From Candidatus Saccharimonadota bacterium (GTDB lineage Bacteria; Patescibacteriota; Saccharimonadia; Saccharimonadales; Saccharimonadaceae): DNA of 49,808 nt. Position numbers and translations under genes: made by a program. This document shows positions 19,071 to 28,351 of the stretch, in pieces. Within the stretch, counting starts at the first letter, position 1; each line of letters starts with the position of its first letter. The notes below the pieces were generated by a model, which was not told the origin of the DNA, made no database searches, and saw nothing but the letters and a program-made list of their open reading frames with translations. Location of the stretch: NCBI GenBank assembly GCA_017404685.1, contig JAFRBW010000007.1:1-49808 (forward strand), written 5' to 3'.

Positions 19071-19631
19071 ATGAACGAAAAACAACGTCGGTGGGATGAA
19101 TACTTCATGAAAATTGCCGAGACCGTGGCAGAAAAGTCTAAAGACCCATCGTCCAAAATGGGCTGCGTGATTGTGGACCAAAACAAACGCGTCGTATCGC
19201 TTGGCTATAACGGCATGATCCAGGGTGCCGACGAGTCCAAAATGACCTTAAAGGAACGCCCGATGAAATACTATTTTGCCATTCACTCCGAAATGAACGC
19301 CGTCTTGTTCGCGCACCAAGATTTGTCTGGTTGCACAATTTATAACCGCGTCGCCACTTGCGAAAATTGTCTCAAGTATTGTCTGCAGGCCGGCATCACG
19401 CGTTTTGTTTATAAGGAGCTTCGCGTCCGCTCTCATTCCACCGATCCTAAGAAATCCATGACCAACATCGAGACCGACGAAGCCGTAATCCGTCTGCTCG
19501 CATCTATGCCTCACGTAGAAACCCTAAATCTCACAAACGGCAAGACCTATATCGAAGATATTCTCGATTCCTATCCAAAAGAGTCTGCCGAATATTCCCG
19601 CCTCGCCAAATGGCTTCCTGCCAAATCCTAA
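19071..19631 (+). CDS. dCMP deaminase (ComEB-like)
   Basis: WDEYFM.IA..VA..SKDPS..GCVIV, GYNG, HSE.NA and C..C motifs. GGAGGAG precedes ATG 19071. Confidence 0.88.
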   Translation: MNEKQRRWDEYFMKIAETVAEKSKDPSSKMGCVIVDQNKRVVSLGYNGMIQGADESKMTLKERPMKYYFAIHSEMNAVLFAHQDLSGCTIYNRVATCENCLKYCLQAGITRFVYKELRVRSHSTDPKKSMTNIETDEAVIRLLASMPHVETLNLTNGKTYIEDILDSYPKESAEYSRLAKWLPAKS

Positions 19632-19713
19632 AACCTTTGTTATAACATCATTAACGGAAAGATCCTAAATTTTTATGTTTTTGTGTATAATTTGTGTAAA
19701 AAGCTAGGGCCGG

Positions 19714-20727
19714 CTACTGTTCTTCAATATCAATATGCAAGTTCAAATCCTCCTCCGTTGGCATCTGCTCCATAATGTCTTCTGGCAATAGTTTGCCCGT
19801 CTCAAACGTACTGACTCCTATAGGCTTATTAATATCCTGTAGAGAATACTGTGCAGTAAACCCATCCTTATCACGACATAAAATTAGCCCAATAGATGGT
19901 CCATCTTCTGGAGTTTTTACGAAGTCATTTACTGCGGACAAGTAGAAATTCATCTTCCCGGCAAACTCCGGCTCAAACTTTCCAGCCTTTAGCTCCACCA
20001 CGATATACCTTTTCAGCCTAGTATGATAGAATAATAGATCAATGAAATAATCTTCCTTCCCTACCGTCACTTTATATTGATTCCCCACAAAGCTCCACCC
20101 CTTGCCAAGCTCCAGCAAAATATCTCGTATTCTCTCAACCATCGCCCTTTCCAGCTCCTGCTCTTTATACTTCTCTCGCAGAGTCAAAAAGTCAAAAATA
20201 TACGGATCTTTAAACGTCTGCTCCGCAAGAACGCTATCCTCCGGCGCCAAAGTCCTAGTGAAGTTATGCGTCTCCGCTCCGACTCGTTTATGATACTCAT
20301 TTCGTATTTGCTCCTCCAGCCTACTCCTGCTCCAGCCGTTTTCTATAGCGGCCTCCGCATATATTTTACGCACCCCCAGGTCCTTAATCTTTTGAATCAA
20401 CAGCATATTATGCCACCATGGTAATTTGGCAGCAAGCTGCTGCCAAAATATATCATTCTCATATTCATCATAAAACAGCTTCATGCTTCTCAAATTCCTA
20501 TCAGAGAATCCTTTCAGATCAGGAAATTCGAGCGTCAATTCTGTAGAAACATTTTTGATAAAACTATTCCCATACTTACTATTCTTCGCCAGTATCTTCC
20601 CAATCCTAAAATACATCATTATCAAATTACTATTCACCTGCTGCATCGTCCGGTACTGTGTAGTCCGTATTTCGTTCTTAATTCCCACCACAACACTAAT
20701 AAAATCACTTTTGCTTATTTTATCCAT
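19714..20727 (-). CDS. DUF1016/YhcG-family PD-(D/E)XK nuclease-like protein
   Basis: GFS.RNL..M, LPW.H, ENGWS, KDPYIFDFL, ELGKG..FVG.Q, IDLLFYH, ELK.G.F.PE..G and IGLILC motifs. Confidence 0.92.
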   Translation of the reverse strand: MDKISKSDFISVVVGIKNEIRTTQYRTMQQVNSNLIMMYFRIGKILAKNSKYGNSFIKNVSTELTLEFPDLKGFSDRNLRSMKLFYDEYENDIFWQQLAAKLPWWHNMLLIQKIKDLGVRKIYAEAAIENGWSRSRLEEQIRNEYHKRVGAETHNFTRTLAPEDSVLAEQTFKDPYIFDFLTLREKYKEQELERAMVERIRDILLELGKGWSFVGNQYKVTVGKEDYFIDLLFYHTRLKRYIVVELKAGKFEPEFAGKMNFYLSAVNDFVKTPEDGPSIGLILCRDKDGFTAQYSLQDINKPIGVSTFETGKLLPEDIMEQMPTEEDLNLHIDIEEQ

Positions 20728-20752
20728 AGCACTCCTTTTAAATTAATGGAGA

Positions 20753-20799
20753 ATTATAGTCACATTTTACTCAAAAAATCAACCCCCCACCCCAAAAAT
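20753..20799 (-). repeat. Direct repeat copy 2 (promoter cassette)
   Basis: Matches 18951-18996. Confidence 0.85.
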
Positions 20800-20853
20800 C
20801 ATATTCTACCTCTGTAAAACCGCCCAGGCTTAAAGAAAACTAATTACAAAATC

Positions 20854-21501
20854 CTACCACTCAATCGGTTCCATCCCATGTTCAATCAAAAACTCATTAC
20901 ATCTCGAAAAATGATGGTTCCCAAAAAATCCATTGTGTGCCGATAGTGGCGACGGATGCGCAGACTCTAGAATCAAATGCCGCGAAGCATCAATCAGCCC
21001 CTTTTTGCCGCGCGCATCTCGTCCCCAAAGCAGAAACACCAAGTGCGGCCGCACACCAGACAAATACGAAATCGTCGCCGTTGTAAAAGTCTCCCAACCT
21101 TTGCCGCGATGCGACCCAGCCCGATGCGCCTCCACCGTTAGAACAGTATTGAGCAGCAGCACTCCCTGTTTTTGCCACGCACGCAAACTCCCAGACAAAA
21201 GAGCATGATGTCCAATATCCGCGTCAATTTCCTTGTAAATATTCACGAGCGACGGCGGAATCGGCTGCGAACTAGGCACCGAAAACGCCAGCCCCTCCGC
21301 CGCCCCAGGCGTATGATACGGGTCCTGGCCCAAAATCACCACCTTTACATCGTTTAAATCCGTTGTGAACGCCGAAAACACCAACTCCTTCCGCGGAAAG
21401 ACCGTTTTATGCTCATACTCTTCATGCAAAAACGCCGCCAGCTCCTTAAAATATGGTTTCTCAAACTCCCCCGCCAAAAACTCCTTCCAACTCTCATGCA
21501 T
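20854..21501 (-). CDS. ung: Uracil-DNA glycosylase (family 1)
   Basis: GQDPYH, PPSL.NI, GVLLLN and HPSPLS motifs. Confidence 0.97.
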   Translation of the reverse strand: MHESWKEFLAGEFEKPYFKELAAFLHEEYEHKTVFPRKELVFSAFTTDLNDVKVVILGQDPYHTPGAAEGLAFSVPSSQPIPPSLVNIYKEIDADIGHHALLSGSLRAWQKQGVLLLNTVLTVEAHRAGSHRGKGWETFTTATISYLSGVRPHLVFLLWGRDARGKKGLIDASRHLILESAHPSPLSAHNGFFGNHHFSRCNEFLIEHGMEPIEW

Positions 21502-21553
21502 ATAATAATTATAACATGGCAGGTCTCACCGAACGTGATATAATATATATCAT

Positions 21554-22201
21554 ATGGCAAAGTTATATTTTCGTTACGGAGCAATGGGGTGCGGCAAAAC
21601 TATGCAGCTTCTGCAAGTTGCGTTCAATTACGAGGAACGCGGCCACAAAGTCTGCGTTATCAAACCAAAAACTGACACCAAAAACGGTACCAAACTCTTA
21701 ACTCGCATCGGCCCAGAACGCGAAACTGATTTCTGTTTTTCAAAAAGTACGAATTTGTATGATAAAATCTCCGCGGAGTATAAAAATGTAAGCTGCATTT
21801 TGGTCGACGAAGCCCAGTTTCTCACCCCTGTTCAGGTCGATCAGCTCATGCAAATCACGATTGAGTATGATATTCCAGTGATGGCGTATGGTCTGAGATT
21901 GAATTTTCGCCGCGAGGACGATGGCTTCGAAGGTGCCACGCGGCTTCTCCAAATCGCCCACGACATTGAAGAGCTCAAAACCATTTGCACTTGCGGTCAC
22001 AAAGCCACCTACAACGCCAGATTCATGAATGGCAAATTTATTTCCGATGGCCCTGGCGTCCTGATTGACGGTTCCGATGCCAAGATCGAATATCGCGCCA
22101 TTTGTCCAAAATGCTACGATAAATATCTAAAGGAGCAGATGGCAAATGAGGATGCTAGAGATAATCATCCAGCAAAGTCCGCCCAGAAAGGAGTCAAATA
22201 A
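21554..22201 (+). CDS. tdk: Thymidine kinase
   Basis: YGAMGCGKT, VDEAQFL, YGL, C.CG and C..C zinc motifs. Confidence 0.96.
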   Translation: MAKLYFRYGAMGCGKTMQLLQVAFNYEERGHKVCVIKPKTDTKNGTKLLTRIGPERETDFCFSKSTNLYDKISAEYKNVSCILVDEAQFLTPVQVDQLMQITIEYDIPVMAYGLRLNFRREDDGFEGATRLLQIAHDIEELKTICTCGHKATYNARFMNGKFISDGPGVLIDGSDAKIEYRAICPKCYDKYLKEQMANEDARDNHPAKSAQKGVK

Positions 22202-22800
22202 TGTACATCGTCATTGAAGGCCAAGATGGTACTGGCAAATCCACCCAGGCTCGCAAACTCGCCGAATATTACGAAAAACAAGGCAAGGAGGTAGTCGTAA
22301 TGGATGAGCCGGACGGCAATCTTCCGCAAGCCCACGACATTCATGACATCCTCCTTACGAAAGGCTACGACCTAGAGCCACTTACTAATGTATTACTATT
22401 TACCGCCTCCCGCTCCGAACTTTGGCGCAAAATTGCCGAGCCTACTTTGCGGCGCGGCGGCATTGTTATTTCTGCGCGCAATTTCTACTCTACCCTTGCT
22501 TACCAAGGCTACGGTGAAGGTGTCTCTCGTAGCAAAATTATCAAAATCACCAAAGAGGCATTGCCGGATAGGTATTGTCATCCAGATAAAAGTTTTATCT
22601 TGACCGTATCTGACAAAACTCGCCTAGAGCGCCAAGGAGACCGTGGTAAAGCCGCTGAAACTTTCGAGGCAAGACTAGGCGATTTCCAGCAAAAAGTCAA
22701 CGCCGCTTACCCAAAAATCGCCAAAGATTTCAATATTCCCATCATTGACGCCTCCGGCACCATCGACGAAGTCTTCAATCTAATTCTCCGCGAATTGTGA
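22201..22800 (+). CDS. tmk: Thymidylate kinase
   Basis: IEGQDGTGKSTQ, LLFTASR and R..YSTLAYQGYG motifs. Confidence 0.95.
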   Translation: MYIVIEGQDGTGKSTQARKLAEYYEKQGKEVVVMDEPDGNLPQAHDIHDILLTKGYDLEPLTNVLLFTASRSELWRKIAEPTLRRGGIVISARNFYSTLAYQGYGEGVSRSKIIKITKEALPDRYCHPDKSFILTVSDKTRLERQGDRGKAAETFEARLGDFQQKVNAAYPKIAKDFNIPIIDASGTIDEVFNLILREL

Positions 22801-24564
22801 GTTGTATAATTCCGCGTAAAACCCGCCGCGTTTTAAAAGCGTCGCGTGATTTCCGGATTCCACAATCTGCCCATCGCGCATCACCAGAATCAAATCCGCA
22901 TTTCGGATTGTCGATAGCCGGTGCGCAATCACAAACGACGTTCTCCCGGCGGTAATTTTCTCGAACGAATCCTGGATCAGCTGCTCCGTCCGCGTATCCA
23001 CGTTTGAAGTTGCCTCGTCCAAAATCATCATCGGCGGATTCGCCACCATCGCTCGTGCAATCGTGAGCAGCTGCTTCTCTCCAGCCGAAACGTTATCCGA
23101 ATCCTCCGAAATCGCCGTCTTGTATCCGTGCGGCAGTGCCTCTATAATATGCTCAATATTACAAAACTTCGCCGCTTTTTTAATGTCAGAAAGCGAGGCA
23201 TCCTTCCGCCCATAGCGCAAATTCTCCTCCACCGATCCAGAAAACAGCCAAGTATCCTGTAGTACCATCCCAAAAAGTCCACGCACATCGCTTCGTTTCA
23301 TTGTATTGATCGGCACTCCATCCACCACGATATCGCCAGAATCCGGCTCATAAAATCGCATCAAGAGATTTATAATCGTGGTTTTGCCAGCGCCAGTCGG
23401 CCCCACAATTGCCACGTTCGTCCCCGGCGCAACTTTCACCGAAAAATCCCGAATGATCGGATGCTCGCCGTCATAGCTAAAGTTCACATTTCGAAACTCC
23501 ACTTCACCACGCACATTCTGAAGCACCGCCGCCGGCTCAAGATCCGGTAGCTCCTCCGGCTCCGCCAAAAACTCAAAAATCCTCTCGCTTGCCGCGAGCA
23601 GCGCCTGCACCGTCGCCGTAGTCGAAGCAATCTCCGTAATCGGCCGATTAAACCGCGACACATACTGGATAAACGCCTGTACACCGCCAATCGTCAGCGC
23701 GCCATCAATCACAAACTTCCCGCCCAAAATACAAATCGCAATGTATCCAAGATTCGTAAAAATATGCGTCACCGGAAACGACAGCGAAGAAAACACTTGT
23801 GCCCTCGTCGCCGCCTTGGCGAGTTTTGCATTCGTGGTATCAAAACTGTTCGTTGCCGCCCCCTCAAACGAATTCGACTTGATAATGATTAGCCCCGCAT
23901 AATCTTCCTCAATTTTGCTATTCAAAACCCCAAGCGTATTTTGCTGCTCGCGGAAATATTCCTGCGCAAAATTCGTAATCTTCCCCACCACCAAAACCGA
24001 AATCGGCACCACCACGAACGAAACTAAAGACAGCGGCACAGATATCGAAAGCATCATCACCATCACGCCCACCAAGATCGTGAATGACAGCGAAATATCC
24101 GCAATCTCCTGCGACATCGACGTCGTCAGGACGTCCACATCGTTCGTCATCCTAGAGAGCGTGTCGCCATATTTATGCTTATCAAAATACGAAATCGGCA
24201 GCCGCGCAATTTTCGCCAGAATCTTTTCACGCAAATCCTTCGTGTAATGCGCCGACACCACCGCTAGCACAAACGCCTGCGCGTAATTCAAAATCGCCGA
24301 CACTAAAAAGAGAATCACCACGGTAATCGCTTTGCTAGAAATCGCATTCCAATCAATTCCCGCATCAAAAGTCGCCACCGCAATGTTTGTCATATCACCC
24401 AGCAGTTTCGGGATAAAAATCCCCACCACCGCCGACGAAGCCGCTAGCACAATCGAGAAAAATATCGAAACCCAGTACGGCCGAATCGAATGCAAAAACT
24501 CATGCCAAGCCTTCCGCGAATTCTTGACTTTTACTTCTGCCCCACCATGATTATGCGGCCCCAT
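22780..24564 (-). CDS. ABC exporter, fused permease/ATPase (consensus half)
   Basis: 6 TM helices plus GPTGAGKT, SAGEKQ, ILDEATS and AHRLST. Confidence 0.95.
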   Translation of the reverse strand: MGPHNHGGAEVKVKNSRKAWHEFLHSIRPYWVSIFFSIVLAASSAVVGIFIPKLLGDMTNIAVATFDAGIDWNAISSKAITVVILFLVSAILNYAQAFVLAVVSAHYTKDLREKILAKIARLPISYFDKHKYGDTLSRMTNDVDVLTTSMSQEIADISLSFTILVGVMVMMLSISVPLSLVSFVVVPISVLVVGKITNFAQEYFREQQNTLGVLNSKIEEDYAGLIIIKSNSFEGAATNSFDTTNAKLAKAATRAQVFSSLSFPVTHIFTNLGYIAICILGGKFVIDGALTIGGVQAFIQYVSRFNRPITEIASTTATVQALLAASERIFEFLAEPEELPDLEPAAVLQNVRGEVEFRNVNFSYDGEHPIIRDFSVKVAPGTNVAIVGPTGAGKTTIINLLMRFYEPDSGDIVVDGVPINTMKRSDVRGLFGMVLQDTWLFSGSVEENLRYGRKDASLSDIKKAAKFCNIEHIIEALPHGYKTAISEDSDNVSAGEKQLLTIARAMVANPPMMILDEATSNVDTRTEQLIQDSFEKITAGRTSFVIAHRLSTIRNADLILVMRDGQIVESGNHATLLKRGGFYAELYNSQFAEN

Positions 24565-26299
24565 TCATCTCCTTTCTATATTCCTCATCCGAGAGTTGTG
24601 ACTTCACGATCGACTGATAAACTTTACAAGCTCGAAGTAGTTCTTTATGCGTTCCTTTCCCCACCATCTTCCCTTTGTCCAGCACTATGATCTGGTCTGC
24701 ATCCTTAATCGTCGAAACTCTTTGCGCCACAATCAAGACCACCGCATCCTCCACGATCGGCTTAAGCGCCGCGCGCAGCTTCGCATCAGTTTTCATATCT
24801 AGCGCCGAGAACGCATCGTCAAACACAAAGATATCCGGTTTTTTGCAAATCGCCCGCGCGATCGAAAGCCTTTGTCTTTGTCCACCAGAAACATTCGTTC
24901 CGCCCTGCGCAATATGAGCGTCGTACCCGCCCGGCAGTTTTTCGATAAACTTCGCCGCCTGCGCCACTTCCGCCGCTTTTTGCACTTGCTCGTCCGTCGC
25001 ATTTGGCGCGCCAAACTTAATATTCGACTTCACCGTCCCAGCAAACAACACGCCTCTCTGCGGCACCAACCCAATTCTCGCCATCAAATCATCTTGCGAA
25101 TAATCCCGAATATTCAGCCCGTCAATCAAAATCTCCCCGCTCGTCGCTTCGTAAAACCTCGGCACCAGATTAATTAGCGTAGATTTTCCCGACCCAGTCG
25201 AGCCAATAAACGCCGTTGTTTTTCCTGCCTCCGCCTTAAACGAAATATCGTCTAGTACTTTCTCCGCCGCGTCCGGATATGCAAAGCTCACCTTAGAAAA
25301 CTCCACCGACGCTTTTTTCTCCGGCACGCCCCGCGTTTTCTTCACAAAATGTACTTTCGGATTCACTTTCAGAACCTCATTAATCCTCCCCGCCGACACA
25401 TTCGCCCTCGGAATCATGATGAAAAATAGCGACAGCATCAAGAACGACATCATCACAAACGTCACGTATTCGGAAAACGCCGTCATATTTCCAAGATAAG
25501 CAAAATCCTGGTTGAGCAGCGAAATCCCAATCCACGAGCAAAGCAACGTCGTGCCATTAAATATGATATTAATCAGCGGGTTCTGTAGCTCCAATACCCG
25601 ATCCACAAAAATCATCAGCCGCGTCAATTCTTCATTCGTGCGCGAAAACTTTTTCTGCTCGATTTTCTCATTATTAAACGCCCGAATCACTTTTAGTCCA
25701 GTCAGATTCTCGCGCGTAATTAAAGTCACGCGATCAATCAGCTTCTGGAAAATTTTAAACTTCGGCCCCACAATCGCCATGATTATCACCACCGAAATCA
25801 CCACCGCCGTGATCCCCACCACGATAATCCAACTCATTTCCGGCGCCGTTTGCACCGCCATCACGAGTCCCAGCACACAAAACAGCGGCGCACGCAGAAG
25901 CATCGACAGCATCATCGTTACTACCATTTGCACTTGGTTCACATCGTTCGTCGTCCGCGTAATCAAACTCGCCGTGCTATAATCTTTAATATCCGCCAGA
26001 TTAAAAGTCAAAACTTTCCGAAACACCGCCGCGCGCAAATCACGCGAAAAATACGCCCCCACTTTTGCCGAAAAATAGCTCGCAATAAACGCCGTCACCG
26101 CTGATAGGAGCGCAAGCCCCAGCATAAAAAGCCCATCTTTCCATACCGTATCCATCTGCCCCGGCACAATGCCATTATTGATAATATCCGCCATCAGCGC
26201 CGGTAGTTGCAACGTCGCATAAACTTGCCCACCAGTGGCAATCACCAATATCAAGACCTGCCACCAATATGGCTTCAAATACCGAAATAACTTAAACAT
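24551..26299 (-). CDS. ABC exporter, fused permease/ATPase (degenerate half, TM287-like)
   Basis: GSTGSGKS, SGGQRQ, FDD (degenerate Walker B) and AQR switch. Confidence 0.95.
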   Translation of the reverse strand: MFKLFRYLKPYWWQVLILVIATGGQVYATLQLPALMADIINNGIVPGQMDTVWKDGLFMLGLALLSAVTAFIASYFSAKVGAYFSRDLRAAVFRKVLTFNLADIKDYSTASLITRTTNDVNQVQMVVTMMLSMLLRAPLFCVLGLVMAVQTAPEMSWIIVVGITAVVISVVIIMAIVGPKFKIFQKLIDRVTLITRENLTGLKVIRAFNNEKIEQKKFSRTNEELTRLMIFVDRVLELQNPLINIIFNGTTLLCSWIGISLLNQDFAYLGNMTAFSEYVTFVMMSFLMLSLFFIMIPRANVSAGRINEVLKVNPKVHFVKKTRGVPEKKASVEFSKVSFAYPDAAEKVLDDISFKAEAGKTTAFIGSTGSGKSTLINLVPRFYEATSGEILIDGLNIRDYSQDDLMARIGLVPQRGVLFAGTVKSNIKFGAPNATDEQVQKAAEVAQAAKFIEKLPGGYDAHIAQGGTNVSGGQRQRLSIARAICKKPDIFVFDDAFSALDMKTDAKLRAALKPIVEDAVVLIVAQRVSTIKDADQIIVLDKGKMVGKGTHKELLRACKVYQSIVKSQLSDEEYRKEMNGAA

Positions 26300-26314
26300 A
26301 TATACTATTATACA

Positions 26315-28351
26315 CTATTTTTCCGCACAAATCGCATTTTTGAGATCAACCACAAGTCCAGTCGCAAGCAGGTAATGCTCTAGCGAGTCATATCGTCCGT
26401 CATTATATTTCCCCGTCGCAATTTCCGTCGCCGCTTCCACCCCCACGTACCGATAATGCCAGGTCTCAAATAGCCCCGTCGAACCATTTTCATCTACATT
26501 CAGTGGCTCGCTCATCGAGCCACCCGCCCATTCCTCCGGGAACCGATCAATAAACCCATACCGATACGAATTCGCCTTTAGCCATTGCCACTCCGGATGC
26601 GCCGCATAATCATCCGTATCAAGTTCCGTACCATAAGCCGTATCAATCAAATCACAAGTCAGCCCCGTGTGATGATCACTCTCGCCCGTTGCCGCGCAAA
26701 GCCGCCCGCAAGAAGTTCCTTTCATTCTAAAACAAGACCGCGTCCCCATCGTATGTCCAGGATTTTCCGCCGTGTAGGCTGCAAGCATTTCGTCAAGATG
26801 CTTTGCCGCTTCCTCGTCCATCAAATTATCGCCATTAGACGCTTTGAACTCCAAAATACCGTACGTTGCCGACACCGAAATCAGCTCCTCTTTCCGCGCC
26901 GCAATAAAATCATACTCCACCTTGAAATTCGGATTCACGAGCATGAGATAACCATACTTTTTCGTACAATTTTCTGTCGGTGCTTCCGTAACAGGGGTAA
27001 GATTAGCCAAAAAATCGCCCAAAGAATTCGTACTCGCATCATACTCCTCATCTTTTTCATCATACTCCGCGTCAAATGAATCATACTCCGCGTCCGAAAT
27101 CTCATCGCCAGCACTTTCACTAGTACCATCATCAGCCTTCTTCCAGCCAAAAAGATGCAGGAATCTTTCTACAAAACTCGGCTCGGCATTATATTCCCCA
27201 GCCTCCACAGGCACGGCCACATTCTCTCCCGCCAGCGTCAACTTTAGCACCCCATCCTTTCCATCCATCAAAAGCTCCACATTGCTATCCATATTTTCCC
27301 AAGTCACCGCTCCCGCCATGTCGGAAGATGTAATCTCCACTTTTCCAGTCCACCAGCTATCATAATACCCTACCACGTCGCCAGCCGCCACGAGCGGTGT
27401 TTCCGTAATCACTTCTTGCGCAGATTCAACAATTGAAAGCGAATCACTAAACGATTTTTCTCTCGTCGGCGCATTGAGAAGCGCCACCGTCACCACGCGC
27501 TCTTTCTCCATGTAGCCAGACACCAAACAATACCCAGACGGCTCGCCAATAAACCCAGTCTTCACGCCAATAATACCTTTCTCGCCGAGCAGTTTATTCG
27601 TGTTTTCTAGTGTCCCCGCCACCGGCACGTCGGCCGATTTAAGCCCCACAATTTCTCTAAGCACCGGATTCTCTAGCACCTTCGCACCGATCCGCGCCAA
27701 ATCCTCTGGCGTACTTGTTGTGCTCTCATCAAAACCGCTCGCATCCACGCCGATCGTCGTGTCTACTATTCCCCACTCGGACAACTTTTCCGTTGCGTAC
27801 TCGCGATAGTTATCAAGCGACCCAAAAGCCCAAATCGCCAACGTATCCGCCATGTTGTTGGACGACGGCAAAAACACACTAGAAAGCGCATCGTATTCCG
27901 AAATCTCTTCGCCAGTTTTCACGCGCGAATTTGAACCGCCATTTTTCACGTACCACAAATAACGACCATAGTCATCCTCAGAAATCGTAATCGTCTCGCC
28001 TTTTTCGCCGAGTGAAAACGGTTTTTCTTCCATCACCATCAGCCCCAGAATCATCTTTGCCGTACTAGCCGTGGGGCGCACTTTTGGCTCCATGAAATCC
28101 GCACCGGCTACCACTTCGCCATCCACTGCCACCGCCCAGGCCGCCTCGCTGATTCCATTTAGCGTCTCTAGGCTCTTCGCTTCCGGCAACTTATACGTCG
28201 TTACCACTAAAAGCTCCGCCTTTTGATTGACTAGCCCCACCGTCACAAAAGTCAAAAACGCCACCAAAATCCCAGTGCATGCAGCAACAATTCCAAACTT
28301 CACTGGATGCATCTTAATGCGTTTTCGGCTAATGAAGTTTTTTCGTATCAT
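26315..28351 (-). CDS. Fusion of serine D-Ala-D-Ala carboxypeptidase (S11) and VanY-like Zn DD-carboxypeptidase (M15B)
   Basis: STAK (SxxK), SSN and KTG; C-terminal SDHHTGLTCD, YGFIDRFP and ETWHYRYVG. Confidence 0.85.
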   Translation of the reverse strand: MIRKNFISRKRIKMHPVKFGIVAACTGILVAFLTFVTVGLVNQKAELLVVTTYKLPEAKSLETLNGISEAAWAVAVDGEVVAGADFMEPKVRPTASTAKMILGLMVMEEKPFSLGEKGETITISEDDYGRYLWYVKNGGSNSRVKTGEEISEYDALSSVFLPSSNNMADTLAIWAFGSLDNYREYATEKLSEWGIVDTTIGVDASGFDESTTSTPEDLARIGAKVLENPVLREIVGLKSADVPVAGTLENTNKLLGEKGIIGVKTGFIGEPSGYCLVSGYMEKERVVTVALLNAPTREKSFSDSLSIVESAQEVITETPLVAAGDVVGYYDSWWTGKVEITSSDMAGAVTWENMDSNVELLMDGKDGVLKLTLAGENVAVPVEAGEYNAEPSFVERFLHLFGWKKADDGTSESAGDEISDAEYDSFDAEYDEKDEEYDASTNSLGDFLANLTPVTEAPTENCTKKYGYLMLVNPNFKVEYDFIAARKEELISVSATYGILEFKASNGDNLMDEEAAKHLDEMLAAYTAENPGHTMGTRSCFRMKGTSCGRLCAATGESDHHTGLTCDLIDTAYGTELDTDDYAAHPEWQWLKANSYRYGFIDRFPEEWAGGSMSEPLNVDENGSTGLFETWHYRYVGVEAATEIATGKYNDGRYDSLEHYLLATGLVVDLKNAICAEK
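27038..27094. repeat. 3 x 21-bp in-frame tandem repeat (D[AE]EYD-x2)
   Basis: ATCATACTCC(T/G)C(A/G)TC at 27038, 27059 and 27080. Confidence 0.8.

Noticed and set aside
19632-19713. TATAAT-like hexamers between the convergent dCMP deaminase and DUF1016 genes
   Set aside because: The spacer is AT-rich with no convincing -35 and no downstream ORF, so this is likely chance or a relic.
22131-22201. Tdk C-terminal tail with a GGATG/CATCC hairpin
   Set aside because: The pairing is too short to distinguish from chance.
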